The notes beneath the pieces are model-generated. The model was not told the origin of the DNA. It made no database searches and saw only the letters and a list, made by a program, of their open reading frames with translations. 64,000 nt of DNA from an uncultured delta proteobacterium (lineage in GTDB: Bacteria; Myxococcota_A; Polyangia; Polyangiales; B10-G4). The stretch covers positions 160,001 to 224,000 of the forward strand of contig CAVSGI010000006.1 of NCBI GenBank assembly GCA_963727445.1, read 5' to 3'. The position numbers and the translations under genes are program-made. Shown piece by piece: positions 10,606 to 25,479 of this stretch (position 1 is the stretch's first letter; the number at the start of each line of letters is the position of its first letter).

Positions 10606-12225
10606 TCATCGCCACGAGGTGTGGTGACGCGCGACCTCGATGGCGCGGGTGTGGCTGATGGCGCTTCGCCGGTGGCGCTCTTCGAGCGCGCCTCGGTGAG
10701 TCTCCCACCACGCTTCGGCCTGGGGCTCGGTCCATCGGTCGATCTTCAGGGCGCAGAGCCGCTGGACGAGCGCCGCGGCGCTCGCGGGGCGGTCGTCCGG
10801 ATCCTTGGCCAGGCATGCGAGGACGAGCGCCTCGAGATCGGGCGGGATGGGCGTGTCCCGCCGCGCCGAGGGGGGCTCGGGGGGCGTGTGCAGGTGGTGG
10901 CTGCAGACCTCGACGATTGAGCCGCCGCCGAAGACGTGGGTGCCGGTGAGCAGGTAGTAGCCCACGGCGCCGAGGGCGTAGAGGTCGCTCCGCGCGTCGA
11001 TCTCGTTCGGGCGGGCGATCGCCTCGGGCGACATGTACTGCGGTGTGCCGGTGATGGTGTCCTCTTGGGTGAGCCCGTCCGCTTTGCCCAAGGTGGCGAC
11101 CTCCTTGACCAGCCCGAAGTCGACGACCTTCGCGACGTCGTGCACGCCGCCCTGCACGCAGAGGATGATGTTCGCGGGCTTGATGTCGCGATGGATGAGC
11201 CCGATGCCGTGCGCCTCCCGCAGGGCCGAGGCGACCGAGGAGAGAATGGCGACGACGCGCGCCGGATCCTGCTCCCCGTCGACAGCCACGATGTCACCGA
11301 GGTGGGCACCCTCGAGGAGCTCCATCGCATAGTAGAAGAGCCCGTCAGGCGTTCGGCCGTAGTCGTAGATGGTGACCGTGTTGGGGTGCGTGAGCTTGGC
11401 GGTGAGGCGGACCTCGCGTTCGAAGCGCTTCAATGTCGCTCCCTTCGCGACCTCGGGATGGAGGAGCTTGATCGCGGTGGGGCGCCGGAGCATGCCGTGT
11501 TGCGCGCGGTAGACGACCCCCATCCCGCCCTCACCGAGCTTCTCCTCGATGATGTACTGGCCCAGCTTCTTCACGTTGCGGACCTGGCGCCTGAGGCCGT
11601 AGACGAGCTCGTTGATCCCGGTGCAGAGGCTGGTGCTCAGCGCCCACCAGACGCCGGCGGTGACCGCCGCCATCTGGGCGTATTGGTGAGCGGTGGCCTG
11701 CTGCTCTGCCGGCGGTGAGAGCAGCGCGAGGTACTCGGGGCTGATGGCGCTGTGGCTCTCGTAGGTCACCCACACGTAGGGCACGCCCACCGCGAGGCAG
11801 ATACCCAGCGTGTGGCGGGCGGTGCTCGGCACGTAGGCAGCGCGCGCCGCGAGCGCCAGGGTGAGGGCGGACAGGACGATCATCTCGGGACGCGCCGGCA
11901 GCGGGATGAAGGTGCCCATCCAGACGTACGCGAGGCACGCCCCGATGAGGCCGAGCGTTTCGCTCCAGTGGACCAGGCGATGTGGGTGCTTGCCGCGGCG
12001 GTTGATCACCCAGACCGAGAGCAGGCAGACCCAGGCCAACATGTGCAGTCCGAAGCTGGGCTCGAGCAGGAGGTCGGAGGTGTTGGGGAAGATCACCGCC
12101 TGCCAGAGACGAAACGCCCAGAACGCGAAGCTCAGCGCGGCGCCGAAGAGGCCGAAGCGCGCCACCCGCTTTTGCAGAAATGCGAGCTCCTCGGGGGAGG
12201 GCGAGCTGCTGGGCGACGAGAGCAT
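10606..12225 (-). CDS. Hanks-type Ser/Thr protein kinase with multi-TM N-terminal domain
   Basis: About six hydrophobic segments, then LGEGGMGVVY, AIK, HRDIKPAN, DFG, GTPQYMSPE. Confidence 0.95.
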   Translation of the reverse strand: MLSSPSSSPSPEELAFLQKRVARFGLFGAALSFAFWAFRLWQAVIFPNTSDLLLEPSFGLHMLAWVCLLSVWVINRRGKHPHRLVHWSETLGLIGACLAYVWMGTFIPLPARPEMIVLSALTLALAARAAYVPSTARHTLGICLAVGVPYVWVTYESHSAISPEYLALLSPPAEQQATAHQYAQMAAVTAGVWWALSTSLCTGINELVYGLRRQVRNVKKLGQYIIEEKLGEGGMGVVYRAQHGMLRRPTAIKLLHPEVAKGATLKRFEREVRLTAKLTHPNTVTIYDYGRTPDGLFYYAMELLEGAHLGDIVAVDGEQDPARVVAILSSVASALREAHGIGLIHRDIKPANIILCVQGGVHDVAKVVDFGLVKEVATLGKADGLTQEDTITGTPQYMSPEAIARPNEIDARSDLYALGAVGYYLLTGTHVFGGGSIVEVCSHHLHTPPEPPSARRDTPIPPDLEALVLACLAKDPDDRPASAAALVQRLCALKIDRWTEPQAEAWWETHRGALEERHRRSAISHTRAIEVARHHTSWR

Positions 12226-12308
12226 GACGAAGGCGGCGCGATTCTACGCGCGCCGGTATCCCTCGAAGTGCACCCGGTGCAGCGGCCCGCCACCCACGGG
12301 ACGCGGCG

Positions 12309-13326
12309 TCAGCGCAGCGCGCGCAGGAGCGCCCGGCCGTTGCGGCCGGCTTTGGCGGCGACCTTGGCCGGCACCTGTGCGGCGACCTCCGCGAAGGCCG
12401 CGCGCTCTTCGGCGCTCGGGTCGTGGACCTCGATGCCGCGGCGGCCGAGGTTGCGCAGCAGGATGGGCGTCATCTGACGCACGCCCTGGCGGCCGGAGGT
12501 CACCAGGGACTCGGGGATGTCGTCCAGCACCTGCTGAAGGTCCGCCGGCAGCGAGTCGTACCAGGTCTTCGAGTAGACGACGATGCCCGGCTGATAGGAG
12601 TGTCGCGAGAGCGTCAGGTGGTTCGCCGCTTGATACCAGCTCGTGGCGAAGGCGAAGAGCGGAGTGTTGTCGAAGCCGTCGACCACCCCGGTCTGCAGGC
12701 TGGTGAGCACGTTGGTGACGTCGATGGGCACCGGGTTCGCGCCGAAGGCGCGATAGGTCTCGAGGTGCACCATCGCCTCCTGCGAGCGCATGCGCAGGCC
12801 CCGCAGGTCCGACGGAGAACGGATTTGTCTGTCCTTGGTGAACCACGAGCGGAATCCGTTCTCCGCCCACAGCCCGAAGTGGAATCCCCGCGCGTCGACG
12901 GCGCGTTCGACGATGGGCTTGGCCGGCGCCGTCGAGCTTTCGGTCGGCGGCGGCCTCGCTCTCGAAGAGGTAGGGCGCCTCGATCACGTTCAGCTCCGGC
13001 ACCAGCGAGCCGAGGGCCGCGGTGGAGCCGCCGAAGCACTGGATGCTGCCCTGCGCGGTGCGCCGCACCAGCGCCTTTTCGCCGCCGAGGGACCCGCCCA
13101 TGAACATCCGCACCTGGATGCGCCCGCCGCTCTTGGACTCGACGTGTCGCTCGAGCTCGCGGAGCTGCTTCTCCCAGGGCGTTCCCTCCGGGGCCACCGT
13201 CGCGATCTTCATCTCGTAGGTCTGCTGAGCGTCGGCCACCGGCTCGTCGACGGTGGCGACCAAGAGCAGGCTCAGGACAGTCGAAACCATCGTCGAGACG
13301 ACGGCGATCCGCTTGCTTCGCGACAT
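12309..13326 (-). CDS. dctP: TRAP transporter substrate-binding protein DctP (one frameshift near 12925)
   Basis: Signal peptide, KIATVAPEGTPW, SGGRI, GGSLGGE, then in the shifted frame AENGFR, DLRGLRMR, GANPVPI, SLQTGVVDG. Confidence 0.88.
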
Positions 13327-13380
13327 GTCTTCCCCTTCTGGGTACAGCTGTGCCCGGCGTCTGACGGCGCCGTGCGGGAT

Positions 13381-14295
13381 TTATTCGAAGAGCTCGTCCG
13401 CCTTGGGCAGGAGCTCTCGCGCCTTGCGCTGCTCGATGAGATTCTCGGGCCGGATCTCGGGGTCCAGCTCGTCGACGTTCGCGTTGATGACGAAGTCGAG
13501 CTGCTCCTCGAAGAGCGGGCGATCCTGGGCCTTCACGGCGTACATCTCGGCCAGCAGGACCCGAGTGCCGAGGTAGTCGGGCGCGGCCGCGAGGGCCTGA
13601 TCGAAGTTCTGCTTGCTGAGCTCGAGGTCACCGCCCGCGAAGGCCGGAACGCGTGCGTAGAACGCGCCGAAGTAGCGCGGCGGGCCGTGATGGAAATAGG
13701 TCGCGTCGAGCTCCATGCACCGCGCCATGACCGCGCGGATTTCGTCCTTGTAGCTGAGCACGGTGGCGAAGCCCTTGGCGAGACCCCACTTGCCCATGTT
13801 GGAGCTGCGCCAGTAGAGGGCGGGTACCGCGCTCGCGTCGAGGACCGAGATGGCCTCCTCGATGCGCGTGCCCGCGCGCATGCGCTGGGCGAAGTCGGGC
13901 GAGAGTGCGACCAGCGCACGCTCGGCGGCCTGGATGCCCTTCTCGAAGGTCTCGATCATCTCATCGTGTCGCGACTCGTCGAAGCTCATGTGGCCGTCGG
14001 CGAGGAAGTAATACGCGCGCGCGAGCCGCTCCCAGATCACGTGGTCCGAGGGGTCGAGGGCGGCGGCCTCCTCCCACTTCTGAATGGCGGTCTTCAGGCT
14101 GGCTTCGTCTTCACGACCGGCCCACGCCTCTTCACCTTCCTGGATGAGCGTGGCGCGTCGATCCTGCGACTGTTGACTCTGATCCGCCGTGGTCGGCTCC
14201 GGCTCCGTATCCCACGCCGCTTCGCGGCTACCGCCGCACCCCACCGCCAGCAGCAACGCCAGCGCCATCCCCGCCATCGAACGCACCTGAAGCAT
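13381..14295 (-). CDS. TatT-like TPR lipoprotein (T component of TPAT-type TRAP systems)
   Basis: Lipobox LAVGC; ELDATYFHHG..RYFGAFY..PAFAGGDLELSKQNF..AL; directly upstream of dctP; RBS GGAGG. Confidence 0.75.
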   Translation of the reverse strand: MLQVRSMAGMALALLLAVGCGGSREAAWDTEPEPTTADQSQQSQDRRATLIQEGEEAWAGREDEASLKTAIQKWEEAAALDPSDHVIWERLARAYYFLADGHMSFDESRHDEMIETFEKGIQAAERALVALSPDFAQRMRAGTRIEEAISVLDASAVPALYWRSSNMGKWGLAKGFATVLSYKDEIRAVMARCMELDATYFHHGPPRYFGAFYARVPAFAGGDLELSKQNFDQALAAAPDYLGTRVLLAEMYAVKAQDRPLFEEQLDFVINANVDELDPEIRPENLIEQRKARELLPKADELFE

Positions 14296-14418
14296 CGGCT
14301 TCCTCCCCGGAAAACCGCCCGACTTAACAATCCCCGGTCGACGGTGTCAACGGCCGCCGAGCGGTCGGTCCGAAGCTATGGTTGGAGCAAATCGGAATCA
14401 CCGTATATCGTTGTCCCG

Positions 14419-14844
14419 ATGGCGGAGGCACAGAGCGAGAGGCTGAGCGTCGACGATGCGACGATTCGCGGCCTGTTGACCGAGTCCGGGTGGCCTTGCG
14501 ACCGAATCAACGAGGACACCTGGCGCAGCCGCTTCAAGACGAAGAAGGCCTCCTTTCACTTCTTCGTTCACGTGAGCCCCCAGGGGTGGCTGAATTTCGC
14601 CGTGGTTCCCTTCCTCCGCTCCCCCGAGGAGGCGGAGCAGGCCGACGTCCTCTACCAGCGCCTCCTCGAGCTCAATCACTCGCTCTTGATGGCGAAGTTC
14701 TCCATCGACGACGACCTGGACGTGGTGCTCTCGGTCGAGTACCCGGTGGCCGATCTCGACCGCAGCGAATTCCGCGACGCCCTGAACGCGCTCGTGTTTT
14801 ACGCGGACAAACACTACGAAGAGCTGGCCAAGCTCGTCCGCTGA
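14419..14844 (+). CDS. YbjN / type III secretion chaperone-like protein
   Basis: 141 aa, acidic; LYQRLLELNHSLLMAKFSIDDD pattern. Confidence 0.7.
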   Translation: MAEAQSERLSVDDATIRGLLTESGWPCDRINEDTWRSRFKTKKASFHFFVHVSPQGWLNFAVVPFLRSPEEAEQADVLYQRLLELNHSLLMAKFSIDDDLDVVLSVEYPVADLDRSEFRDALNALVFYADKHYEELAKLVR

Positions 14845-14912
14845 CCAGCCCGGCTTGCCGGGTGTCGGGGCGTGTGGTAGACCGCGCTCGCTTTCAGCGC
14901 CTGATCCCTTTC

Positions 14913-14943
14913 AGGTGGGCCTTCCGGGTCCGCCTCTTTTTTT
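14913..14943 (+). promoter_or_regulatory. rimP leader attenuator/terminator hairpin
   Basis: AGGTGGGCC-TTCCG-GGTCCGCCT (two G-U pairs) plus T7, 27 nt upstream of rimP; GTGGGC stem typical of the rimP leader. Confidence 0.7.
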
Positions 14944-14970
14944 GTCATGCGCCTGAGATCACACCACTAA

Positions 14971-15465
14971 ATGGCGTCCCTCAACAGCGAAATCACGAGA
15001 CTAATCGAGCCGGTCTGCTCCGCCAACGGGGTGGAGTTGGTCTCGCTCGACCTCGTTTCGGAAAAGGGGCGCAACATCTTGAGGGCGATCATCGATCGTG
15101 AGCCTGGGGCACGCGCCGCTGGGGACGCGAACGATGGCAGCGGGGTGACCCTCGACGACTGCACCAGGGTCAGCCGGGACGTGTCCACGGTGCTCGACGT
15201 GCACGAGGAGTTGCTCCCCACGAAGTACTCCCTCGAGGTGAGCTCGCCGGGTCTGGACCGGCCGCTCACCAAGCTCTCCCACTACGAGCGGTTCGTCGGG
15301 CGCGAGGTGAAGCTCGAGCTCGACGCGCCGATCGACGGTCGTCGTCGTTTCAACGGTGAAATCCTCTCCGTCGACGGAGAGGACGTCCGGATCAACCAAG
15401 ACGGAACCCCGGTGACGCTCCCCTTCGGGCGCATCACCAAGAGCCGTCTCGTCTACCGATTCTAG
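14971..15465 (+). CDS. rimP: Ribosome maturation factor RimP
   Basis: [26 protein letters not shown]; first gene of the nusA-infB operon. Confidence 0.96.
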   Translation: MASLNSEITRLIEPVCSANGVELVSLDLVSEKGRNILRAIIDREPGARAAGDANDGSGVTLDDCTRVSRDVSTVLDVHEELLPTKYSLEVSSPGLDRPLTKLSHYERFVGREVKLELDAPIDGRRRFNGEILSVDGEDVRINQDGTPVTLPFGRITKSRLVYRF

Positions 15466-15475
15466 AGGTCATGCG

Positions 15476-17275
<1,800 letters not shown>

Positions 17276-17297
17276 GACGGAGAAGGAGGACGAGCGG

Positions 17298-17968
17298 GTG
17301 AGTCTAGTGGCGAAAGCAGAAAACCCCGGACAGCGGGCGAAAGGGCGGCGCGAGTCGACCCGGGCGAAGGAGCCGGAGCGCACGTGCGTCGGCTGTCGTC
17401 GGGTGGACACGCAGGCTGCGCTTCTGCGTTTCGCCTTCGCTGACGACCCGCCGCGTCTCGCGCCCGATCCCGGGCGCCGCCTCGGTGGTCGCGGCGCTTC
17501 GGTTCATCCGAAGCGCGAGTGCCTCGAGAGCGCCGTCCGGCGCGGGGGCTTCGCGCGTGCTTTCCGCCGTCCGGTGGAGGTCGAGGCGGAGGCGTTGATC
17601 CGCGCCGCCCGAGAGCAGTACGAGCGTCGGGTCGGCGGGCTTCTCCTCGCCGGGTGGCGCGCCCGTCATCTCGTCGTCGGCACCGATGCGGTGTCGAAGG
17701 CGCTCGACGAGGCGAAGGGGCCCGTGCTCCTGGTCGTCGCAGAGGACGCCGCGGGGCGTCGCGACGAGCTCGAGAAGCGAGCCGCAGAGAAGAACAGGGG
17801 GGGGACGAGCAGCTCCCCGATGCCCACGAGCATCACCTACGCGGACAAGGCGACCCTCGGTCGCCTCTTCGGCCGCGAGACGTTGGGTGTGCTGGGCATT
17901 CTGGACGAAGGGATCGCAGCCGAGGTGGCAGTCGCCACGCGCTGCGTCGACGAGCTTTCGGAGGATCG

Positions 17969-17972
<4 letters not shown>
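17298..17972 (+). CDS. YlxR (DUF448)-L7Ae/YlxQ fusion RNA-binding protein
   Basis: PERTCVGCR, GGRGASVHP..CL; C-terminal LLVVAEDA, DKATLGRLFGR; RBS AGGAGG before GTG 17298. Confidence 0.85.
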
Positions 17973-20674
<2,702 letters not shown>

Positions 20675-20677
20675 CAT

Positions 20678-20778
20678 CGACCCGCCCACCCCTCCCCCCC
20701 TCCCCGAGGGGGGCACCCCTCGGACACCCCCCGGCACCCCGCTTCGGGGGGCGCCGCGCTCGCGTCGCTCGCGGGTCG
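20678..20778. repeat. Structured GC-rich intergenic element (REP-like or cis RNA)
   Basis: Closing stem CGACCCGC/GCGGGTCG; hairpin CCGAGGGG-GGCA-CCCCTCGG; hairpin with cTTCGg loop; GCTCGC direct repeat. Confidence 0.55.
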
Positions 20779-20798
20779 TGTTCGGTTGGCTGAGTACA

Positions 20799-21098
20799 GT
20801 GGTTGTTGGCGTGTGCCGAATATCGCTCTCTCTGCCCGGCAATGATTCGCTGAAGGGCAAGCGGAAGGTGGTTCGGCGCATCCTCGACAGGGCGCGGAGC
20901 AGGTTCAACGTGGCTGCGGCCGAGGTGGGAGACAACGACGTGCATCGCCGAGCCGTCCTGGGATTCACCGTGGTCAGCAACGACGTCAGTCACGTGAACT
21001 CCATGATCGACGAGATCTCTTCCTTCGTGTCCGGAGCGACCGAAGCCCTGGTGGTGGATCGCTCCTTCGACATCCTCCACGTGGGGGAAGACGCGTGA
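20799..21098 (+). CDS. DUF503 (YlxP) family protein
   Basis: SLKGKRKVV, RFNVAAAEVGDNDVH; conserved position between infB and rbfA. Confidence 0.9.
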   Translation: MVVGVCRISLSLPGNDSLKGKRKVVRRILDRARSRFNVAAAEVGDNDVHRRAVLGFTVVSNDVSHVNSMIDEISSFVSGATEALVVDRSFDILHVGEDA

Positions 21099-21493
21099 GC
21101 AACGGCGCCCCAGTGAAGCGTTCGGTGCGCGTCGCCGAGCGCATCCGCCTCGAGCTCTCGGAGCTGCTTCTGAGGGGCGAGGTGCGCGACCCGCGCGCTT
21201 CGGGGGCACTGATCAGCCGGGTGGTGGTGACCGACGACCTCTCGCTCGCGAAGATCTACGTCCGCCTGCTCGACACCGAGGTGAGCGAGGGGCGCAAGAA
21301 GGACCTGTTGCGCGCTCTCGAGGGGGCTCGCGGTTACCTGCGACGCGAGGTTGGCAAGCGCCTGAAGGCCAAGAAGACGCCGGACCTCCGCATCTACTGG
21401 GACGATGGCGTGGAGCGTTCGGAGCGGGTCGAGGAGATCCTCGCCGACCTCCGCGCCAGAGGTGAGCTCGGCGACGACGAGGGGACACCGTGA
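21095..21493 (+). CDS. rbfA: Ribosome-binding factor A
   Basis: RVAERI, VRDPR, VTDDLSLAKIYV, KTPDLRIYWD. Confidence 0.95.
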   Translation: MSNGAPVKRSVRVAERIRLELSELLLRGEVRDPRASGALISRVVVTDDLSLAKIYVRLLDTEVSEGRKKDLLRALEGARGYLRREVGKRLKAKKTPDLRIYWDDGVERSERVEEILADLRARGELGDDEGTP

Positions 21494-22480
21494 ACGAGGC
21501 CGTTCGCGCTTTGGTGACGGAGGGGAAGCGCTTCCTCGTGTCCGGGCATCGTCGCCCCGACGGTGACGCGCTGGGCGCAGCCCTCGGCCTCTTGCGCGGG
21601 CTCCGCGCGCTCGGCAAGGAGGCGGATTCTCTTCTGCCCGGACGAGGTCCCCCACAGCTTGAGCTTCCTGGTCGAAGGCGAGGAGCTGCTCCGCAGCGCG
21701 CCTGCCGACAAGCGATGGGACGCGGCCTTCGTCACCGACACCGCCGCCCCCGAGCTGTTGCCCGAAGGGTTCCCCGGAGTCGAGGTGCGCGGGCCGCTGG
21801 TGGTGCTCGATCACCACGCCGCCCATCACGACTTCGGCGATCACGTGATCCGCGACGTCCGGGCCTGCGCGACCGGCGAGGTGGTGCGCGATCTCCTCGC
21901 CGAGCTGGGTGTCACGCCCCTGACGCCGGATGTCGCCCTGCCGCTCTACACGGCGGTCGTCGCGGACACTGGCGGCTTTCGCTATCAGAGCACCGAGGCG
22001 CGCACCCTGCGTCTCGGCGCCGAGCTGGTGGAGGCCGGCGCCGTCCCTTGGCTCGTGGCACAGAACCTCTTCGAGGCCTGGGCGCGCGAACGCCTCGATC
22101 TGCTGCGCGAAGTGATCGGCGCCATGCACTTTCACGCCGGCGGCCAGCTCGTCACCATCCCGGTTTCGCGGGCGCTCCTCGAATCCATCGGCGCCACCGA
22201 CGACATGATCGACGGCCTGGTGAACTACGGACGCGCCGTGCGCGGGGTCGAGGTGGCGGCGCTCCTCTGGGAGCAGGATCCCCCGGCCGTCGACGGCCGT
22301 GTTCGGCTGAGCCTGAGAGCGAGCGGCGCCGTGGACGTGGCGCGCATCGCGGCCAGCTTCGGCGGGGGAGGGCACCGGGCGGCGGCGGGCGCCACCATCG
22401 TAGGCGAGCTCGATGATGCCGAGGCGCGCGTGGTCGATATCGCGCTTCCGTTCCTCCACGGAGCCGGCGGCGGTGGGTAG
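21490..22480 (+). CDS. nrnA: DHH/DHHA1 phosphoesterase (NanoRNase A-like), one frameshift near 21627
   Basis: H..PDGDALGA, LDHH, DTGGF, SLR, GGGGHRAAAG across two frames. Confidence 0.9.
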
Positions 22481-23444
22481 AAGGCGCCGCGCTTCGCGAC
22501 ATCACGGCGTGCTCGTGGTGGACAAGAAGCGTGGACCCACGAGCCACGACGTCGTGGGACGGCTGAGGCGGGTCTTCGACACGGGCGCCGTGGGCCACGC
22601 GGGCACGCTCGATCCGATGGCCACCGGGGTCCTGGTCGTCGCCGTGGGCGAGGCCACGAAGCTGGTCGCTCACCTGACGGCCGCGGACAAGGAGTACGAG
22701 GCGACGGTGGCGCTCGGCGTGGCCACCGACACCCTCGACGCCGAGGGGCGCGAGGTGCGCCGCGCCGACGTGCCTCCGCTGACCCGAGAGCAGGCGGAGG
22801 CGGCGGCGCGCGCGTTCCTCGGAGCCGGCAAACAGCGCCCTCCGAAGGTCAGCGCCATCAAGGTGGGCGGCCGGCCGCTCCACGAGCGGGTGCGGCGCGG
22901 CGAAGAGGTCGAGGTGCCGGAGCGGGACGTCTTCGTTCACAGCCTCGAGATCCTCGCCTTTCGCCCCGATGCCATCGACCTCCGGGTGTGCGCCGACAAG
23001 GGCTTCTACGTCCGATCCCTCGGCCGCGATCTCGCCGAGGCGCTCGGCACCGTCGGGCACCTGAGCGCCCTGCGTCGACTTCGCAGCGGCCACTTCGACG
23101 TGTCGACGGCGATCGACATGGCGCGGGTGGAGGCGGCGGCGGCCGGAGACCCGGACGCCCTCCGAGCCGTCACCGGGGCGCTCGTCCCGATGACCGAGGC
23201 GTGGTCCGGCCCGACGGTGGTGCTCGACGACGCGGGGTGTGAAGACGCGCGCCATGGGCGGGTGGTCATGCCCGAGCGCTGCGGTCCCATGGCGGGGGAG
23301 GCATCGACCGGCGACGTGGTGGCCATGCTCGACGCGCAGGGGGAGCTGGTGGCGCTCGGGGAGCTCGCGGAGGACGATACGCTCCGCGTGCGACGGGGCT
23401 TCGCGTCGACAGGGGGCGAGGCGGAGGGTACGTTCCCCGCGTGA
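22473..23444 (+). CDS. truB: tRNA pseudouridine(55) synthase
   Basis: DK..GPTSHDVV, GHAGTLDPMATGVL, KEYEA, PPKVSAIK, GFYVRSL. Confidence 0.96.
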   Translation: MGRRRRASRHHGVLVVDKKRGPTSHDVVGRLRRVFDTGAVGHAGTLDPMATGVLVVAVGEATKLVAHLTAADKEYEATVALGVATDTLDAEGREVRRADVPPLTREQAEAAARAFLGAGKQRPPKVSAIKVGGRPLHERVRRGEEVEVPERDVFVHSLEILAFRPDAIDLRVCADKGFYVRSLGRDLAEALGTVGHLSALRRLRSGHFDVSTAIDMARVEAAAAGDPDALRAVTGALVPMTEAWSGPTVVLDDAGCEDARHGRVVMPERCGPMAGEASTGDVVAMLDAQGELVALGELAEDDTLRVRRGFASTGGEAEGTFPA

Positions 23445-24187
23445 AGTCGCTGAAGTCTCTGCTCCTGCTCCTCGTTCTCCTCTCCACCGCCGCCTGCGGC
23501 GACGACAGCGCGTCGGATGGAGGCGCCGACGCCGACACCGGGGTGATGGACAGCCGCGTCGACACCGCTCCCTTCGACACTGGCCCGCGTTGCGATCCGG
23601 TATGCAGCTCGGTCGAAGCGTGCTGCGCGGCGGACGCCGGTGGCGTGGCATGCCTTCGGATCGCCGACGACGTCAACAACTGCGGCGGCTGCGGCATCGC
23701 CTGCGCGGACGGCCGGGGGACGACCTGCGAGCTCAGCTCCTGCGTTTGCGGGCGCATCGCCATGGGCTGCCTCGGGAGCGACCGGAGCTGGTGCTGCCCG
23801 CCCAGAGAGCCCACCGGCATGCACTACTGTGCTGACTTCACCAACGACACCCAGGACTGCGGCGGCTGCAACCAGCAGTGCTCGGCCGAGACCTCCTCGG
23901 ACTGCCGGGCCTCGACCTGCGTTTGCGGTGACACCGGAGGTCCTTGCGCGGGCACGCCCGAAGACCTCTGCTGCGCGGAGGCGTCGACCGGCGTCTTCAG
24001 TTGCGTCGACACCACGTCGGACAGCTTCCACTGCGGTTCCTGCGACAAGGTGTGCATGGTGGGGGAGCGTTGTGAGATGAGCACCTGCGGGTTCGGCGCC
24101 TCCTGTCCGGCCGCTTGCGCTTCGGGAGAGATCTGTTGCGACGGGACCTGCTGTGACCGAGTCTCCTGTTCGCGGGGGGAATGTTGA
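23441..24187 (+). CDS. Cysteine-rich repeat lipoprotein
   Basis: Lipobox TAAC; three D.(N/D/H)CG.C...C modules; GTGA overlap with truB. Confidence 0.8.
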   Translation: MKSLKSLLLLLVLLSTAACGDDSASDGGADADTGVMDSRVDTAPFDTGPRCDPVCSSVEACCAADAGGVACLRIADDVNNCGGCGIACADGRGTTCELSSCVCGRIAMGCLGSDRSWCCPPREPTGMHYCADFTNDTQDCGGCNQQCSAETSSDCRASTCVCGDTGGPCAGTPEDLCCAEASTGVFSCVDTTSDSFHCGSCDKVCMVGERCEMSTCGFGASCPAACASGEICCDGTCCDRVSCSRGEC

Positions 24188-25479
24188 TGGAGAGGGTTCG
24201 CTACCTGATCTGCGGTGCGGGGATCACCGGTCTCACCTTTGCCGATCGGATCGCGTCGGACGATTACCTGGTTCTCGAGGCGGCCGACGAGGTCGGCGGC
24301 TACTGCAAGACCATCACCCAGGACGGGTTCGTCTGGGACTACTCGGGGCACTTCTTCCACTTCAAGCATCCCGAGATCGAGAAAGAGCTCGTCTCCCGCA
24401 TGGGCGATCAGCGCGTGCTGGAGGTGGCGAAGGAGAGCCGGATCCTATTCGGCGACAGGCTGGTGGACTTCCCTTTCCAGAAGAACATCCATCAGCTCCC
24501 CCAGGACGACTTCGTCGACTGCCTCTACGAGCTCTATTTCAAAGAGAGCGAGAGCGAGCCGAAGAACTTCGCGGAGATGCTCTACGCGAAGTTCGGTAAG
24601 GGGATCGCCGAGCGCTTCCTGATTCCCTACAACGAAAAGCTCTACGCTTGCGATCTCGGCAAGCTCGACGTCGATGCCATGGGCCGCTTCTTCCCCTACG
24701 CCGACCTCGCCGACATCATCCGCAACATGAAGCGGGCGGACAACGCGAGCTACAACGCCACCTTCACCTATCCCGAGGGCGGCGCCATTCAGTACGTCCA
24801 CGCCATCAAGGCCGGCGTCGCGGACGACAAGATCGCGTTGGGGGAGCGCTTGGTGTCGGTGGACCTCGCCGCGAAGGTGGCGCGCACCGACAAGCGCGAG
24901 ATCGGCTTCGAGCACCTGATCAGCTCCGCTCCCTTCGACAAGCTCCTCGCCATGACGGGCATCGACTACGACCCCGGCGTCTACAGCTGGAACAAGGTGC
25001 TGGTCTTCAACATGGGCTTCGATCGAAAGGGCCCCGAGGGCGTCCACTGGATCTACTACCCGCAGCGCGAGCTCTCGTTCTATCGGGTCGGCTTCTACGA
25101 CAACATCTTCGGCACGGATCGCATGAGCATCTACGTCGAGGTCGGTCGCGACAAAGACGCGCTCATCGACGACGCCGAAGTCGAGCGGATGCGCGAGGTG
25201 GTGCTCGCCGATCTGGCGAAGGCGGGCGTCGTGGATGGACACCAGCTCGTGAGCTGGCACTCGGTGGTCCTCGACCCAGCCTATGTGCACATCACGCGGG
25301 CGTCGATCGACGACGTAGCGCGCAAGAAGCGAGCGCTCGGCAGTCGGGGCGTCTACTCCCTGGGGCGCTACGGCTCGTGGACCTACTGCAGCATCGAGGA
25401 CAACATCGTCGAGGCACGCCAGCTCGCGGACGACCTCAACAGCGCGGTAGGCGTCAGGCCCTCGGCGAAGACCGCGTGA
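24181..25479 (+). CDS. FAD-dependent oxidoreductase (protoporphyrinogen oxidase / UDP-galactopyranose mutase-like)
   Basis: [38 protein letters not shown]. Confidence 0.8.
   Translation: MLMERVRYLICGAGITGLTFADRIASDDYLVLEAADEVGGYCKTITQDGFVWDYSGHFFHFKHPEIEKELVSRMGDQRVLEVAKESRILFGDRLVDFPFQKNIHQLPQDDFVDCLYELYFKESESEPKNFAEMLYAKFGKGIAERFLIPYNEKLYACDLGKLDVDAMGRFFPYADLADIIRNMKRADNASYNATFTYPEGGAIQYVHAIKAGVADDKIALGERLVSVDLAAKVARTDKREIGFEHLISSAPFDKLLAMTGIDYDPGVYSWNKVLVFNMGFDRKGPEGVHWIYYPQRELSFYRVGFYDNIFGTDRMSIYVEVGRDKDALIDDAEVERMREVVLADLAKAGVVDGHQLVSWHSVVLDPAYVHITRASIDDVARKKRALGSRGVYSLGRYGSWTYCSIEDNIVEARQLADDLNSAVGVRPSAKTA

Noticed and set aside
12790..14418. 684-aa plus-strand ORF starting at 12790
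   Set aside because: Only the last 141 codons (from ATG 14419) look coding; the rest is antisense to tatT and dctP.
25454..25479. 26-nt convergent overlap of the EAL and flavoenzyme genes as antisense regulation
   Set aside because: Short 3' overlaps are common in compact GC-rich genomes; there is no further evidence.
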